Shown: piece by piece, positions 1 to 7,966 of the stretch | Position numbering within the stretch: the first letter of the stretch is position 1 | Layout: each line of letters opens with the position of its first letter | Assembly: GCA_965200965.1 (NCBI GenBank) | Contig: OZ241744.1 | Span: 3,008,001 to 3,072,000, forward strand | DNA length: 64,000 nucleotides | Reading direction: 5' to 3' | DNA from: an uncultured Candidatus Binatia bacterium | GTDB lineage: Bacteria; Desulfobacterota; Binatia; Bin18 | Notes under the pieces: model-generated | What the model saw: only the letters and a program-made list of their open reading frames with translations | The model's database searches: none | What the model was told of the DNA's origin: nothing | Translations under genes and position numbers: made by a program

Positions 1-1
1 G

Positions 2-265
2 CGCGAGGTCGAGCTCCTGGCCGAAGCGATCGGGGCGATGGACGCGCTCAAGGCGGTCACATCGGTCGCCGCCCGCTATCTGCGCCAACAGGACACTATC
101 GGCAGCGTAGCCCCGGGCCGCTATGCGGATTTTTCGATTCTTGACGGCGACCCGCTCCGCGATGTGCGCGAGCTGCGCAGCGCAACCGCGGTTGTGCGGG
201 GAGGGGTGTGCTATGACCCGGCCAAGCTGCTGGAGCAGGTCCCGCACTCCGCGGCCGCCAACTAG
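2..265 (+). CDS. Amidohydrolase family protein, C-terminal part (5' end outside window)
   Basis: Frame open from the window edge; 'ALKAVTSVAARYL...IGSVAPGRYADFSILDGDPL' matches the C-terminal G-x-I/V-x-x-G-x-x-A-D motif of metal-dependent amidohydrolases. Confidence 0.8.
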   Translation, partial: REVELLAEAIGAMDALKAVTSVAARYLRQQDTIGSVAPGRYADFSILDGDPLRDVRELRSATAVVRGGVCYDPAKLLEQVPHSAAAN

Positions 266-291
266 CACCGCCGGCCTGCTGCGACAGTGCA

Positions 292-1581
292 ATGGACCAG
301 CACCGTTTCAACCGTGAGTTGTTCGCCTTCCTGGCCGCCTCGCCGACCGCTTTCCACGCCGTCGAACAGATGGCCGCGCGCTTAGTGGCCGGCGGATTTG
401 AGCGGCTGGCCGAGGCCGACGCCTGGCGGCTGGCTCCGGGCGGTCGCTATTTCATTACCCGCAACGACTCGGCGCTTATTGCCTGGACCATGCCGCTTGA
501 CGGCTCGCCGGCCGAGAGCGGCTTTCGGATGGTTGGGGCGCATACCGACTCACCCTGCCTCAAGGTCAAACCCCAGCCCGACATGCACCGCCACGGCTAC
601 GCCCAGCTCGGGGTCGAAGTCTACGGCGGGGTGCTGCTCAACCCGTGGTTTGATCGCGACCTGTCGCTCGCCGGCCGGGTCAGTTATCTGAATCGCCGCG
701 GCCACCTCACCCAGCGTTTGATCGATTTCTCCCGGCCGGTGGCCATCATTCCCAGCTTGGCCATTCATCTCGACCGTGAGGCCAACACCAGCCGCTCGAT
801 CAACGCCCAGACCTATCTCCCGCCCGTCCTCGGACAGACCGGGGACAAACCGGACTTGAGAGCCCTCCTCCACCAACGGCTTGCGGCAGACCACGGCTCG
901 GATGTCGCCCAGGTCCTGGACTATGAGTTGTTTTTCTATCCCAGCCAGCCCCCGGAGTTCATCGGCCTTGACCGCGAGTTTATCGCCTCGGCCCGGCTCG
1001 ACAACCTGCTGAGCTGTTTTATCGGCCTGCACGCTCTGCTCGCCGCCGGCACCGACCAAGCCGCCCTGCTCGTCGCCAACGATCATGAAGAGGTCGGCAG
1101 CGCCTCAAGCTCCGGGGCGCGCGGGCCGATGCTCAGGCACATGCTGGAGCGGGTCTTGCCCGACCCCCAGCAGCGCGGCCGGGCGCTGTCGCGCTCGCTG
1201 CTGATCTCCACCGATAACGCCCACGGCCTGCACCCCAATTTCCCTGACCGGCATGACGACAATCACGGCCCGCTGCTCAACCACGGCCCAGTCATCAAAC
1301 TCAACGCCAACCAGCGCTACGCCAGCAACAGCCAGACCAGCGCCGTCTTCCGCAAACTGGCCGCGGAGGAAGACACGCCGGTCCAGGTCTTTGTGGCGCG
1401 CAGCGACATGGCCTGCGGCAGCACCATCGGACCGCTGACCGCGGCCGAGATTGGCGTACCAACCGTGGATGTGGGCGTGCCCCAGTGGGCCATGCACTCC
1501 GCCCGCGAGGTAGCCGGAGTACGCGATGCCTTCAGCCTGAGCCGGCTCCTGCGCCGGTTTTTCAGAACAGCCGTGCTGTAG
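292..1581 (+). CDS. apeB: M18 family (aspartyl) aminopeptidase
   Basis: 429 aa; motifs GAHTDSP, ARLDNL, DHEEVGS, STDNAHGLHPNF, CGSTIGP, AMHSARE. Confidence 0.92.
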   Translation: MDQHRFNRELFAFLAASPTAFHAVEQMAARLVAGGFERLAEADAWRLAPGGRYFITRNDSALIAWTMPLDGSPAESGFRMVGAHTDSPCLKVKPQPDMHRHGYAQLGVEVYGGVLLNPWFDRDLSLAGRVSYLNRRGHLTQRLIDFSRPVAIIPSLAIHLDREANTSRSINAQTYLPPVLGQTGDKPDLRALLHQRLAADHGSDVAQVLDYELFFYPSQPPEFIGLDREFIASARLDNLLSCFIGLHALLAAGTDQAALLVANDHEEVGSASSSGARGPMLRHMLERVLPDPQQRGRALSRSLLISTDNAHGLHPNFPDRHDDNHGPLLNHGPVIKLNANQRYASNSQTSAVFRKLAAEEDTPVQVFVARSDMACGSTIGPLTAAEIGVPTVDVGVPQWAMHSAREVAGVRDAFSLSRLLRRFFRTAVL

Positions 1582-1585
1582 AGGG

Positions 1586-2395
1586 ATGAAGAACATGGTA
1601 GACCAAGCGCTCGACTTCCAGGCCGAAAGCGACACCTTTTCTGAACTGCTTGACGGCCTGAGCGATCAGGACTGGAGCCGGACCACCCAGTTCAAGGGCT
1701 GGACCATTAACGATGTGCTGGCCCACCTCCATCTCGGCAACTATCTGGCAGACCTGTCCTTGCAGGACAGCCGGGCCTTCCTCGACTTTATCCAGACCTT
1801 CGGCAGACAGTCCCCCAACCGCCTCCAGGCCACCCACGACTGGCTTGAGGGTCTGCGCAACCGCGCCCTGCTGGAGCGTTGGCGAGCGTTCTACACCGAC
1901 ATGGCCGGCCGATTTGCCAGCGCTGACCCCAAGCTGCGGGTCAAATGGGTCGGGCCGGATATGAGTGTGCGCTCCAGCATCAGCGCCCGGCAGATGGAAA
2001 CCTGGGCCCACGCCCAGGCTGTGTATGACCTGCTGGGCCGGGAGCGGACCGCAAGCGACCGCCTCAAAAATGTCGCCTTCATGGGCGTCAATACCTTTGC
2101 CTGGACCTTTCGCAACAGAGGGCTACCCGTGCCCGCCGACCCGCCCTATGTCCGGCTCCACGCCCCCTCGGGTGCAGTATGGGAGTGGCAGCCGGCCAAC
2201 GACTACAACACGGTTCAGGGCCAGAGCCTGGAGTTCTGCCAGGTCGTGACCCAGGTGCGCAACATTGCCGACACGAGTCTTGAAGTACGGGGCGACACCG
2301 CCACCGCCTGGATGTCTCTCGCCCAGTGTTTCGCCGGCCCGCCTGAGAACCCGCCGCGGCCGGGCAGCCGTTTTCGGCAGACGGGATACGCCTGA
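1586..2395 (+). CDS. TIGR03084-like maleylpyruvate isomerase/DinB superfamily metal-binding protein
   Basis: 269 aa; 'TQFKGWTINDVLAHL', 'ARQMETWAHAQ', C-terminal 'AQCFAGPP'. Confidence 0.8.
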   Translation: MKNMVDQALDFQAESDTFSELLDGLSDQDWSRTTQFKGWTINDVLAHLHLGNYLADLSLQDSRAFLDFIQTFGRQSPNRLQATHDWLEGLRNRALLERWRAFYTDMAGRFASADPKLRVKWVGPDMSVRSSISARQMETWAHAQAVYDLLGRERTASDRLKNVAFMGVNTFAWTFRNRGLPVPADPPYVRLHAPSGAVWEWQPANDYNTVQGQSLEFCQVVTQVRNIADTSLEVRGDTATAWMSLAQCFAGPPENPPRPGSRFRQTGYA

Positions 2396-2562
2396 CCTGC
2401 GCAGGGCAGGCCGACGAACCGGACGACCCCCATTACCGAGCGGCGGCCAACCCAGCACCCGGCAAGGGCGACAGATGGATGTTCGGCTGCCATAGTATGG
2501 GCCGCGCGCTTGACCTTCCCGGCCCGACAAGCCTACAAGGGTCTGATACCGGAGACCGTGCT

Positions 2563-3915
2563 ATGGCCCATTGCATGCGCTGGAGAACAGCCCTGTGTCT
2601 GCTTGCCGTCTGGCTGGTGTTGTTGGCCTCGCCCGGGGCCGGCCAGGTGCCAGACGGTCCGCCCGAGCGCCGGAGCTGGCGGACGCTGGCCGAACTCGGG
2701 GAGCGGGAGCGGTCTGCGTTTGACCCGCGGACCCACACCCCGCGTGACTCCCGATATCCCTATATTCCAGCCGAGCGTTACCCGTTTGAGCCGCCCTATA
2801 CGGCCGAGGAGATGGGCTTTCGGGCGATGGAGTTCAGCCACTCGCCGCGCTGGTCGTGCAACCTGATTGACGTGAGCGGCAAGCTGACCAGCCAGGGCTA
2901 TCTCTTCACCTCCAAACTCTACAGTCCGATCTTCTACGTTCCCAACGCCAAAGGGCTGAGCGGCTTTGCCGGAGAGTTGTACGGCACGCTGCCCGGCCAA
3001 CCCACCCGCCAGATTACCGGCCAGGATGTGTTTCCGCCCGAGACCTACGGCAATCAGATGAACCTGATCCAGTACCGGACCGACCGGGAGCATCCCACCC
3101 GCTGGGACCTGTTTGTGTACACCGACGGGCTGCGCCGTGTCCGCCGCCAGCCGTCTCCACGGCGGGGGGATAAACTCGCCCAGGGCTCGGAGGGGTTTGA
3201 CGATGTGTTTGGACGCGATCCGTGGGAGTTTGACTGGCAGGTGCTGGGGACGGATGTGCTGTACGAAACCATCCGTTTTCCTGCAACCCGCCCGACCATC
3301 ACCCTGGCCCGTCCCGACGGAACCTTTTATACGGTGGCAAGCAAAGACCTGCGGCTCATGGGCGAGAGCTACCCGTTTTATACGGCTGAGGACGGGGTGC
3401 GGTGCTGGGTCGTCAAAGCCGAGGTCAAAGAAGACTGGTTGCCCAACTACTACGCGCCAACGATTCTCTACTGGCTCGACCGGCACTATTTTTATCCGCT
3501 GCGGATTGAGCAGTACGGCCGCGACGGCACGCTGATTTTTGTGGAAACCCGCCTTGCCGAGCATCTCAACCCGGCTATGGGCGAGCAGGGCTACGGGATG
3601 CACTTCAACTACTACTGGGATGTCAGCCTTGACTACATGGGCTACAGCGTTCACGACGCCCATGTTGTCCGCGAGTGGTCGGAGCGGGATCAACAGGTCT
3701 TTTTCAGTCCCGCCGTGCTGCCCCGCAAATGGCACTTCGCCCCGCTCAAGAGCCAGGTCGAGGTCACCTCACCCGAGCAGTTTTTTCTGCGTCCCCGCCT
3801 TGACCGCGGCAAGTTTCCCCACCACCGCCCGATCGAACTGCCGGCCGCCCTTGAAGAACGGATTACGGCCCAAGAGGCGGCCGGCCAAGTGGTTTTCAGC
3901 GATGAAGACGGCTGA
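2563..3915 (+). CDS. DUF1329 / LolA-like exported protein
   Basis: Signal-peptide-like N-terminus (ATG 2563 preferred over 2479); 'LFVYTDGLRRVRR' and 'RIEQYGRDGTL' resemble DUF1329/outer-membrane lipoprotein-sorting motifs. Confidence 0.65.
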   Translation: MAHCMRWRTALCLLAVWLVLLASPGAGQVPDGPPERRSWRTLAELGERERSAFDPRTHTPRDSRYPYIPAERYPFEPPYTAEEMGFRAMEFSHSPRWSCNLIDVSGKLTSQGYLFTSKLYSPIFYVPNAKGLSGFAGELYGTLPGQPTRQITGQDVFPPETYGNQMNLIQYRTDREHPTRWDLFVYTDGLRRVRRQPSPRRGDKLAQGSEGFDDVFGRDPWEFDWQVLGTDVLYETIRFPATRPTITLARPDGTFYTVASKDLRLMGESYPFYTAEDGVRCWVVKAEVKEDWLPNYYAPTILYWLDRHYFYPLRIEQYGRDGTLIFVETRLAEHLNPAMGEQGYGMHFNYYWDVSLDYMGYSVHDAHVVREWSERDQQVFFSPAVLPRKWHFAPLKSQVEVTSPEQFFLRPRLDRGKFPHHRPIELPAALEERITAQEAAGQVVFSDEDG

Positions 3916-3948
3916 GGCGCAGCATCCCGGCGGAGAAGTGGAAACCCC

Positions 3949-4212
3949 ATGAGCTCCCTTGCTTTTGACACCCACAAGGTCGCCGCTGCGCTGAAGCAGG
4001 CTGGGTTTGACGAGGGCCAAGCGGAAGCCGTCATCAACACCGTGGGCGATGCCCCAGGCGGCAAGGTCGCCACGAAGGCCGACCTGACGGAAGCGGTAGC
4101 GGCCGTGCGGGTGGACATGGCCGCTCAGTTTGCCGGCCTCCACAAACGGCTATGGCTCATGGCTGTCGGCATCGTCGGCCTGACCGTCACCCTGGTGAAA
4201 CTCATCCCCTGA
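3949..4212 (+). CDS. DUF1640/CCDC90-like coiled-coil protein with C-terminal TM anchor
   Basis: 'FDTHKVAAALKQAGFDEGQAEA...ATKADL' plus a hydrophobic C-terminus. Confidence 0.8.
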   Translation: MSSLAFDTHKVAAALKQAGFDEGQAEAVINTVGDAPGGKVATKADLTEAVAAVRVDMAAQFAGLHKRLWLMAVGIVGLTVTLVKLIP

Positions 4213-5197
4213 TCATGGAAAGCGGGCAGGGGAACACACCCGCGCTCTGGACGACAGGAATACGCCACGGTCAGGGTTGGGGAGCTTGAGAGGGGCTTGG
4301 CGGCGGGGTTTTTTTGAGTTTCTGAAATTGCCCCTCCAGATGCTCTAAGGCCAGCATTTTTCTTTCTCGATGTTTGGGGTTTTCCTCCTCCTGAATAAAC
4401 TCTTTCAGGTGTTCAAGGAGAAACTCCACAATAGCGTCCCGGTTGCAGTCTTTGTTTTTGTTGCAATATCCAACAAGAGATTCTGCCAACTCCGCATACG
4501 GCTTGTTGCCCAGGCTCTCCTCCTCCCTTTTTATCGCCTCCTCAACAAAAGCTCTGGTGTAACCCCACTCCTTGGCATAGTAGCCGGAGATCGCCTCACC
4601 TTCCGATGCAGTGATTTGGTCATCGTCGGCTTTTGCGACTCTGAGACTCAGAGGCAGCATCAGCCCCAGCACTTCGTCAGCGATCACATCGAGAGGCGTG
4701 TTGATGTACTCGGGGATCTTGATCATCATCTTATCCTCAATCTTATCCCCAAACTTCCCCAAGAGCTTCTTCGCTCCGAGGTAGGCCCCTCCGGCAAGCG
4801 CACCGGCACCAACGACCCAGCCTATCGGCGTTGCTGCCGCCGCGCCAAGGCCAAGAGTTGCGAGAATACCCGATGTTGGGAAGAAAGTGGTGGCGACCAC
4901 TGAACTAGAGGCAACCAACGCCCCGCTAGAGCCAGCGCCGGCGGCCCCCAGCAATGTTGACAGGTTCTTGCGCATTCTCAGGAGTTTGTAGGCATCCTCT
5001 CCCATGCTGAGCTTTTCCTTGAATCTCCAGTCGTCCGCGAGGATCGTGATTTCTTCCTGGTCTTGGGCCATCAGGCTGCTCCTTTCAGGCCATCAAAGGA
5101 CTGGATGGCCTCCTTGATTTTCTGGGAGATATCGTGCTCTCTCATGTCCTCCATGAAGCCCTTGCCCAGGGCAAACAGGAGGATCAGCGGGCTCAGC
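4206..5197. repeat. Tandem duplication copy A (~1 kb)
   Basis: Aligns by eye with 5214..6196, including the intergenic 'cgggcaggggaacacacccgcgctc(t/c)ggacgacaggaatacgccacggtcaggg' and the end 'ggatcagcgggctcagc'. Confidence 0.9.
4271..5071 (-). CDS. Gly/Ala-rich membrane protein with putative TerB-like C-terminal domain (paralog A)
   Basis: 266 aa; Gly/Ala hydrophobic hairpin; 'RVAKADDDQITASEGEAI' resembles the TerB motif; paralog of 5279..6067. Confidence 0.6.
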   Translation of the reverse strand: MAQDQEEITILADDWRFKEKLSMGEDAYKLLRMRKNLSTLLGAAGAGSSGALVASSSVVATTFFPTSGILATLGLGAAAATPIGWVVGAGALAGGAYLGAKKLLGKFGDKIEDKMMIKIPEYINTPLDVIADEVLGLMLPLSLRVAKADDDQITASEGEAISGYYAKEWGYTRAFVEEAIKREEESLGNKPYAELAESLVGYCNKNKDCNRDAIVEFLLEHLKEFIQEEENPKHRERKMLALEHLEGQFQKLKKTPPPSPSQAPQP

Positions 5198-5205
5198 CGA
5201 CACAT
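5071..5205 (-). pseudogene. 44-codon remnant of the 6067..6552 gene, still an open mini-ORF coupled (TGATG) to paralog A
   Basis: Translates MCRLSPLILLFALGKGFMEDMREHDISQKIKEAIQSFDGLKGAA*, matching the C-terminus LSPLILLFNLGKGFMEDMRE...SFDGLQGVA of 6067..6552. Confidence 0.8.
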
Positions 5206-5216
5206 CGGCTGAGCCC
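5189..5216. repeat. Perfect 12-bp hairpin at the duplication junction
   Basis: GGGCTCAGCCGA-CACA-TCGGCTGAGCCC. Confidence 0.85.
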
Positions 5217-6196
5217 CTGATTGTGGAAGACGGGCAGGGGAACACACCCGCGCTCCGGACGACAGGAATACGCCACGGTCAGGGCTGGGGAGGTTGAGAG
5301 GGGCCGGCGGTAGTGGTTTTTTTGAGTTTCTGAAATTGCCCCTCCAGATACTCCAAGGCTATCATTTTCTCTTCTCTACGGTCGCTGTTTTCCTCCTCTT
5401 GAATAATATCTTTGAGGTGTTTGCGGAAAGACCCCACGATCGCGTCCCGATTGCAGTCTTCGTTGTCATTGCAGAATCCGACAAGAGATTCTCCCAAAGC
5501 CTTATACCGTTTGTTGAGGGTGCTCTTCCCCGCCTTTTTCATCGCCTCCTCAACAAAAGCTCTGGTGTAACCCCACTCCTCGGCGTAGTAGTCGCAGATC
5601 GCCTTGCCTTCCGATGTGGTGATTTGGTCATCCCCGATTTTTGCGAATTTGAGACTCAGAGGCAGCATCTGTTTAAGCAACTCGCGAGCGAGCTCATCGG
5701 GACCTTTGTTAAGCTGCTTGGGGAATTTGTGCATCAGAGCTCCCTCAAGCTTATCAGAGAGCTTCTTCGCTCCGAGGTAGGCCCCTCCGGCAAGCGCGGC
5801 GGCAGCAACGACCCAGCCTAGCGGCGTTTCTGCCGGCGCTCCAAGACCAAAGGTTGCGAGAAAACCCGATTTTGGGAAGAAAGTGGTGGCGACCGCCGAA
5901 CTAGAGGCAACCAGCACCCCAGCAGCGCCAGCGCCGGCGACCCCCAGAACTATTGACAGCTTCTTCCGCAATCTCAGGACTTTGTAGGCATCCTCTCCAA
6001 TGCCGAGCTTTTCCCTGAATATCCGGTCGTCGGCAAGGATTTCCTGGGGTCCTGAGTCCTGGGCCATTAGGCTACTCCTTGCAGGCCATCAAAGGACCGG
6101 GTGGCCTCCTTCTTGATTTCTTGGTAGACAAGTTTCTCTCGCATATCTTCCATGAAACCCTTGCCCAGGTTGAAAAGGAGGATCAGCGGGCTCAGC
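5214..6196. repeat. Tandem duplication copy B (~1 kb)
   Basis: Diverged direct repeat of 4206..5197. Confidence 0.9.
5279..6067 (-). CDS. Gly/Ala-rich membrane protein with putative TerB-like domain (paralog B)
   Basis: 262 aa; same architecture as 4271..5071; start overlaps the upstream stop (TAATG). Confidence 0.6.
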   Translation of the reverse strand: MAQDSGPQEILADDRIFREKLGIGEDAYKVLRLRKKLSIVLGVAGAGAAGVLVASSSAVATTFFPKSGFLATFGLGAPAETPLGWVVAAAALAGGAYLGAKKLSDKLEGALMHKFPKQLNKGPDELARELLKQMLPLSLKFAKIGDDQITTSEGKAICDYYAEEWGYTRAFVEEAMKKAGKSTLNKRYKALGESLVGFCNDNEDCNRDAIVGSFRKHLKDIIQEEENSDRREEKMIALEYLEGQFQKLKKTTTAGPSQPPQP

Positions 6197-6552
6197 AGCG
6201 GCCCTAGGACCGCTCCCAAAACGGGGATGGCGCTGATAAGCAGGGAGACGATCAGGCCCAGGATCAGGCCGAATGTCGTCCGTGGATATTGTTTGGCGAA
6301 ATCAAGGGCGATTTCAATAATTCTCCTGCCCACCCTCAAGATGCGGTCTCCAACCTGGATCGCTTTGTCCATGAAGGACGCCAGGAATGCTTTCGCGTCC
6401 GCGGAAATCGGCAGGTTGGCGATCATGCGCTCCAGTTTTTGCTTGGGGAGTTCCTGGGACTTCCACTCACGATAGAGTTGTTCCACTTTATCGCTCTCAA
6501 TCTCGGCGGCGATTTTTTTGCCTGTCTCCAGGTCAACGGCTTCGGTTCTCAC
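6067..6552 (-). CDS. Hypothetical membrane protein (C-terminal hydrophobic hairpin)
   Basis: GTG at 6552 preceded by AGGAGG; 'TFGLILGLIVSLLISAIPVLGAVLGPLLSPLILLF'. Confidence 0.7.
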   Translation of the reverse strand: MRTEAVDLETGKKIAAEIESDKVEQLYREWKSQELPKQKLERMIANLPISADAKAFLASFMDKAIQVGDRILRVGRRIIEIALDFAKQYPRTTFGLILGLIVSLLISAIPVLGAVLGPLLSPLILLFNLGKGFMEDMREKLVYQEIKKEATRSFDGLQGVA

Positions 6553-6637
6553 GGTGTCCTCCTTTTGCACGGTTTCTGTTTACAAAGCACAAACTTGAGG
6601 AGGGAGCAAGAGGCACTATCACGCCGTCAGCATTGCT

Positions 6638-7414
6638 CTACAACTCCATCGGCAGGACCAGATATTCGTCATAGATGAAGTCGCGGTGCTCAACCAGAGC
6701 CGGATCAAGTGCGCTGCTGATCTCCGGGTCAAGCGCCTCAAAGGCTTTGCGCAGGCCCTCTACCATTGGGCATTTGTCCGGCGGCAGGGGCGCGACCAAA
6801 GCGGCAAAGGTTGCCCAGTACACGTCGAGAGCGCTCAGACGCTCGCCGAGCAGAAACCGGCTGCCGGCGGCTTTCTGGGCCTGGAGCCGCTCGGACAAGA
6901 GCCGGAGCACCTCAAGCGTCCGTTTGCGGACCTGGGGACCGATGCCGGGTCGATAGCCGTACTTTGCGCCGAGATACTGGGCAACTCCGGCGTCCATTGG
7001 AAACGCGGCCTTGGGATCAAGCGCCTGGTCAACCATGACCAGCCGTATGCTCCAGCCAAAGCCCAGCTCGCCGCAGATTTCGTTGGCCAGCCCGAACAGC
7101 AGCGCCCGCTGGGCCGGGTCTTCAGGAATCAGCCGTGGCTCAGGGGCCAGGCGTTCGGCCAGCAGCAGAATCTCGGCCCAGCCCGAACGGGCCGGCTCGT
7201 TCTCGTACACTATCGCCGGTCCGCTATCGACCCCGGTCCATTCGACCAGAGCCGTGTTGTCGCCGCCCGGGACATAGCGCGTCCCAACACACGGAATCTG
7301 TTTGATATGAAAGAAACCCTTGGCCGCTTCGCCCCACGGGCTGGGCGTGCCGCCGACAAATGCGCCGCGCAGCCCCGAACTCTTCTTCGCCGTTTCAATG
7401 TCTACAAATTCCAT
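6638..7414 (-). CDS. Glutathione S-transferase-like protein
   Basis: 258 aa; 'PSPWGEAAK' N-terminal and 'FLLGERLSALDVYWATF' C-terminal GST motifs. Confidence 0.75.
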   Translation of the reverse strand: MEFVDIETAKKSSGLRGAFVGGTPSPWGEAAKGFFHIKQIPCVGTRYVPGGDNTALVEWTGVDSGPAIVYENEPARSGWAEILLLAERLAPEPRLIPEDPAQRALLFGLANEICGELGFGWSIRLVMVDQALDPKAAFPMDAGVAQYLGAKYGYRPGIGPQVRKRTLEVLRLLSERLQAQKAAGSRFLLGERLSALDVYWATFAALVAPLPPDKCPMVEGLRKAFEALDPEISSALDPALVEHRDFIYDEYLVLPMEL

Positions 7415-7683
7415 TCTCGTGTCCTCCTCAATTTCTCAGTGACCCAACGCTTGACCAGGCTGTCGGGGGAAAGCCCACGGCTGCGGGCCGCTCCTTCGAG
7501 TTTGGCATACAGGGCGGGATCAAGCGTGATCCGCGGCCTGCGCTGGGCACGCAATTCAAAGCTCACCTCAGCCGTCTCTTCGGTGTAATCGGCCAGACTG
7601 TGGGAATCCCAGAACTGTCCGGCCTCCTCCGGAGTGGTCGCCCGAGAGATGCCGGTCCGTCCGTCCCTGTCATTTTCGTTCAT
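7402..7683 (-). CDS. CopG/BrnA-type antitoxin
   Basis: 'EEAGQFWDSHSLADY' followed by RHH-like 'ITLDPALYAKLEGAARSRGLSPDSLVKRWV'; directly downstream of the BrnT-like gene. Confidence 0.8.
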   Translation of the reverse strand: MNENDRDGRTGISRATTPEEAGQFWDSHSLADYTEETAEVSFELRAQRRPRITLDPALYAKLEGAARSRGLSPDSLVKRWVTEKLRRTREWNL

Positions 7684-7954
7684 GGCGTCTGCGCTCCTTT
7701 CTATCCATATCGCGGGCGCTCAGGATGAGAGCTCGTTCAGCCTCTTTGTGGATGAAGAAAACTATCATATAGCGCCCTGCATCAGTCTGTCCAGTTGCAG
7801 CATACACATCTTCTCCTGAACGATAGCCTCGCTCAACAAACCAGTAGCGAGGACGATTGAAAAAGACCTCCTCCACTTCATCCTGATCCACGCGATGTTT
7901 TCTCCCCAGCTTGTCAAGAAGACCGGGGAGCCGGATGAAGCCGTCGATCGTCAT
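7670..7954 (-). CDS. BrnT (DUF497) family toxin
   Basis: 'KHRVDQDEVEEVF...GQTDAGRYMIVFF...ILSARDMDRKERR'. Confidence 0.85.
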   Translation of the reverse strand: MTIDGFIRLPGLLDKLGRKHRVDQDEVEEVFFNRPRYWFVERGYRSGEDVYAATGQTDAGRYMIVFFIHKEAERALILSARDMDRKERRRHERK

Positions 7955-7966
7955 GTCTCATGGATA

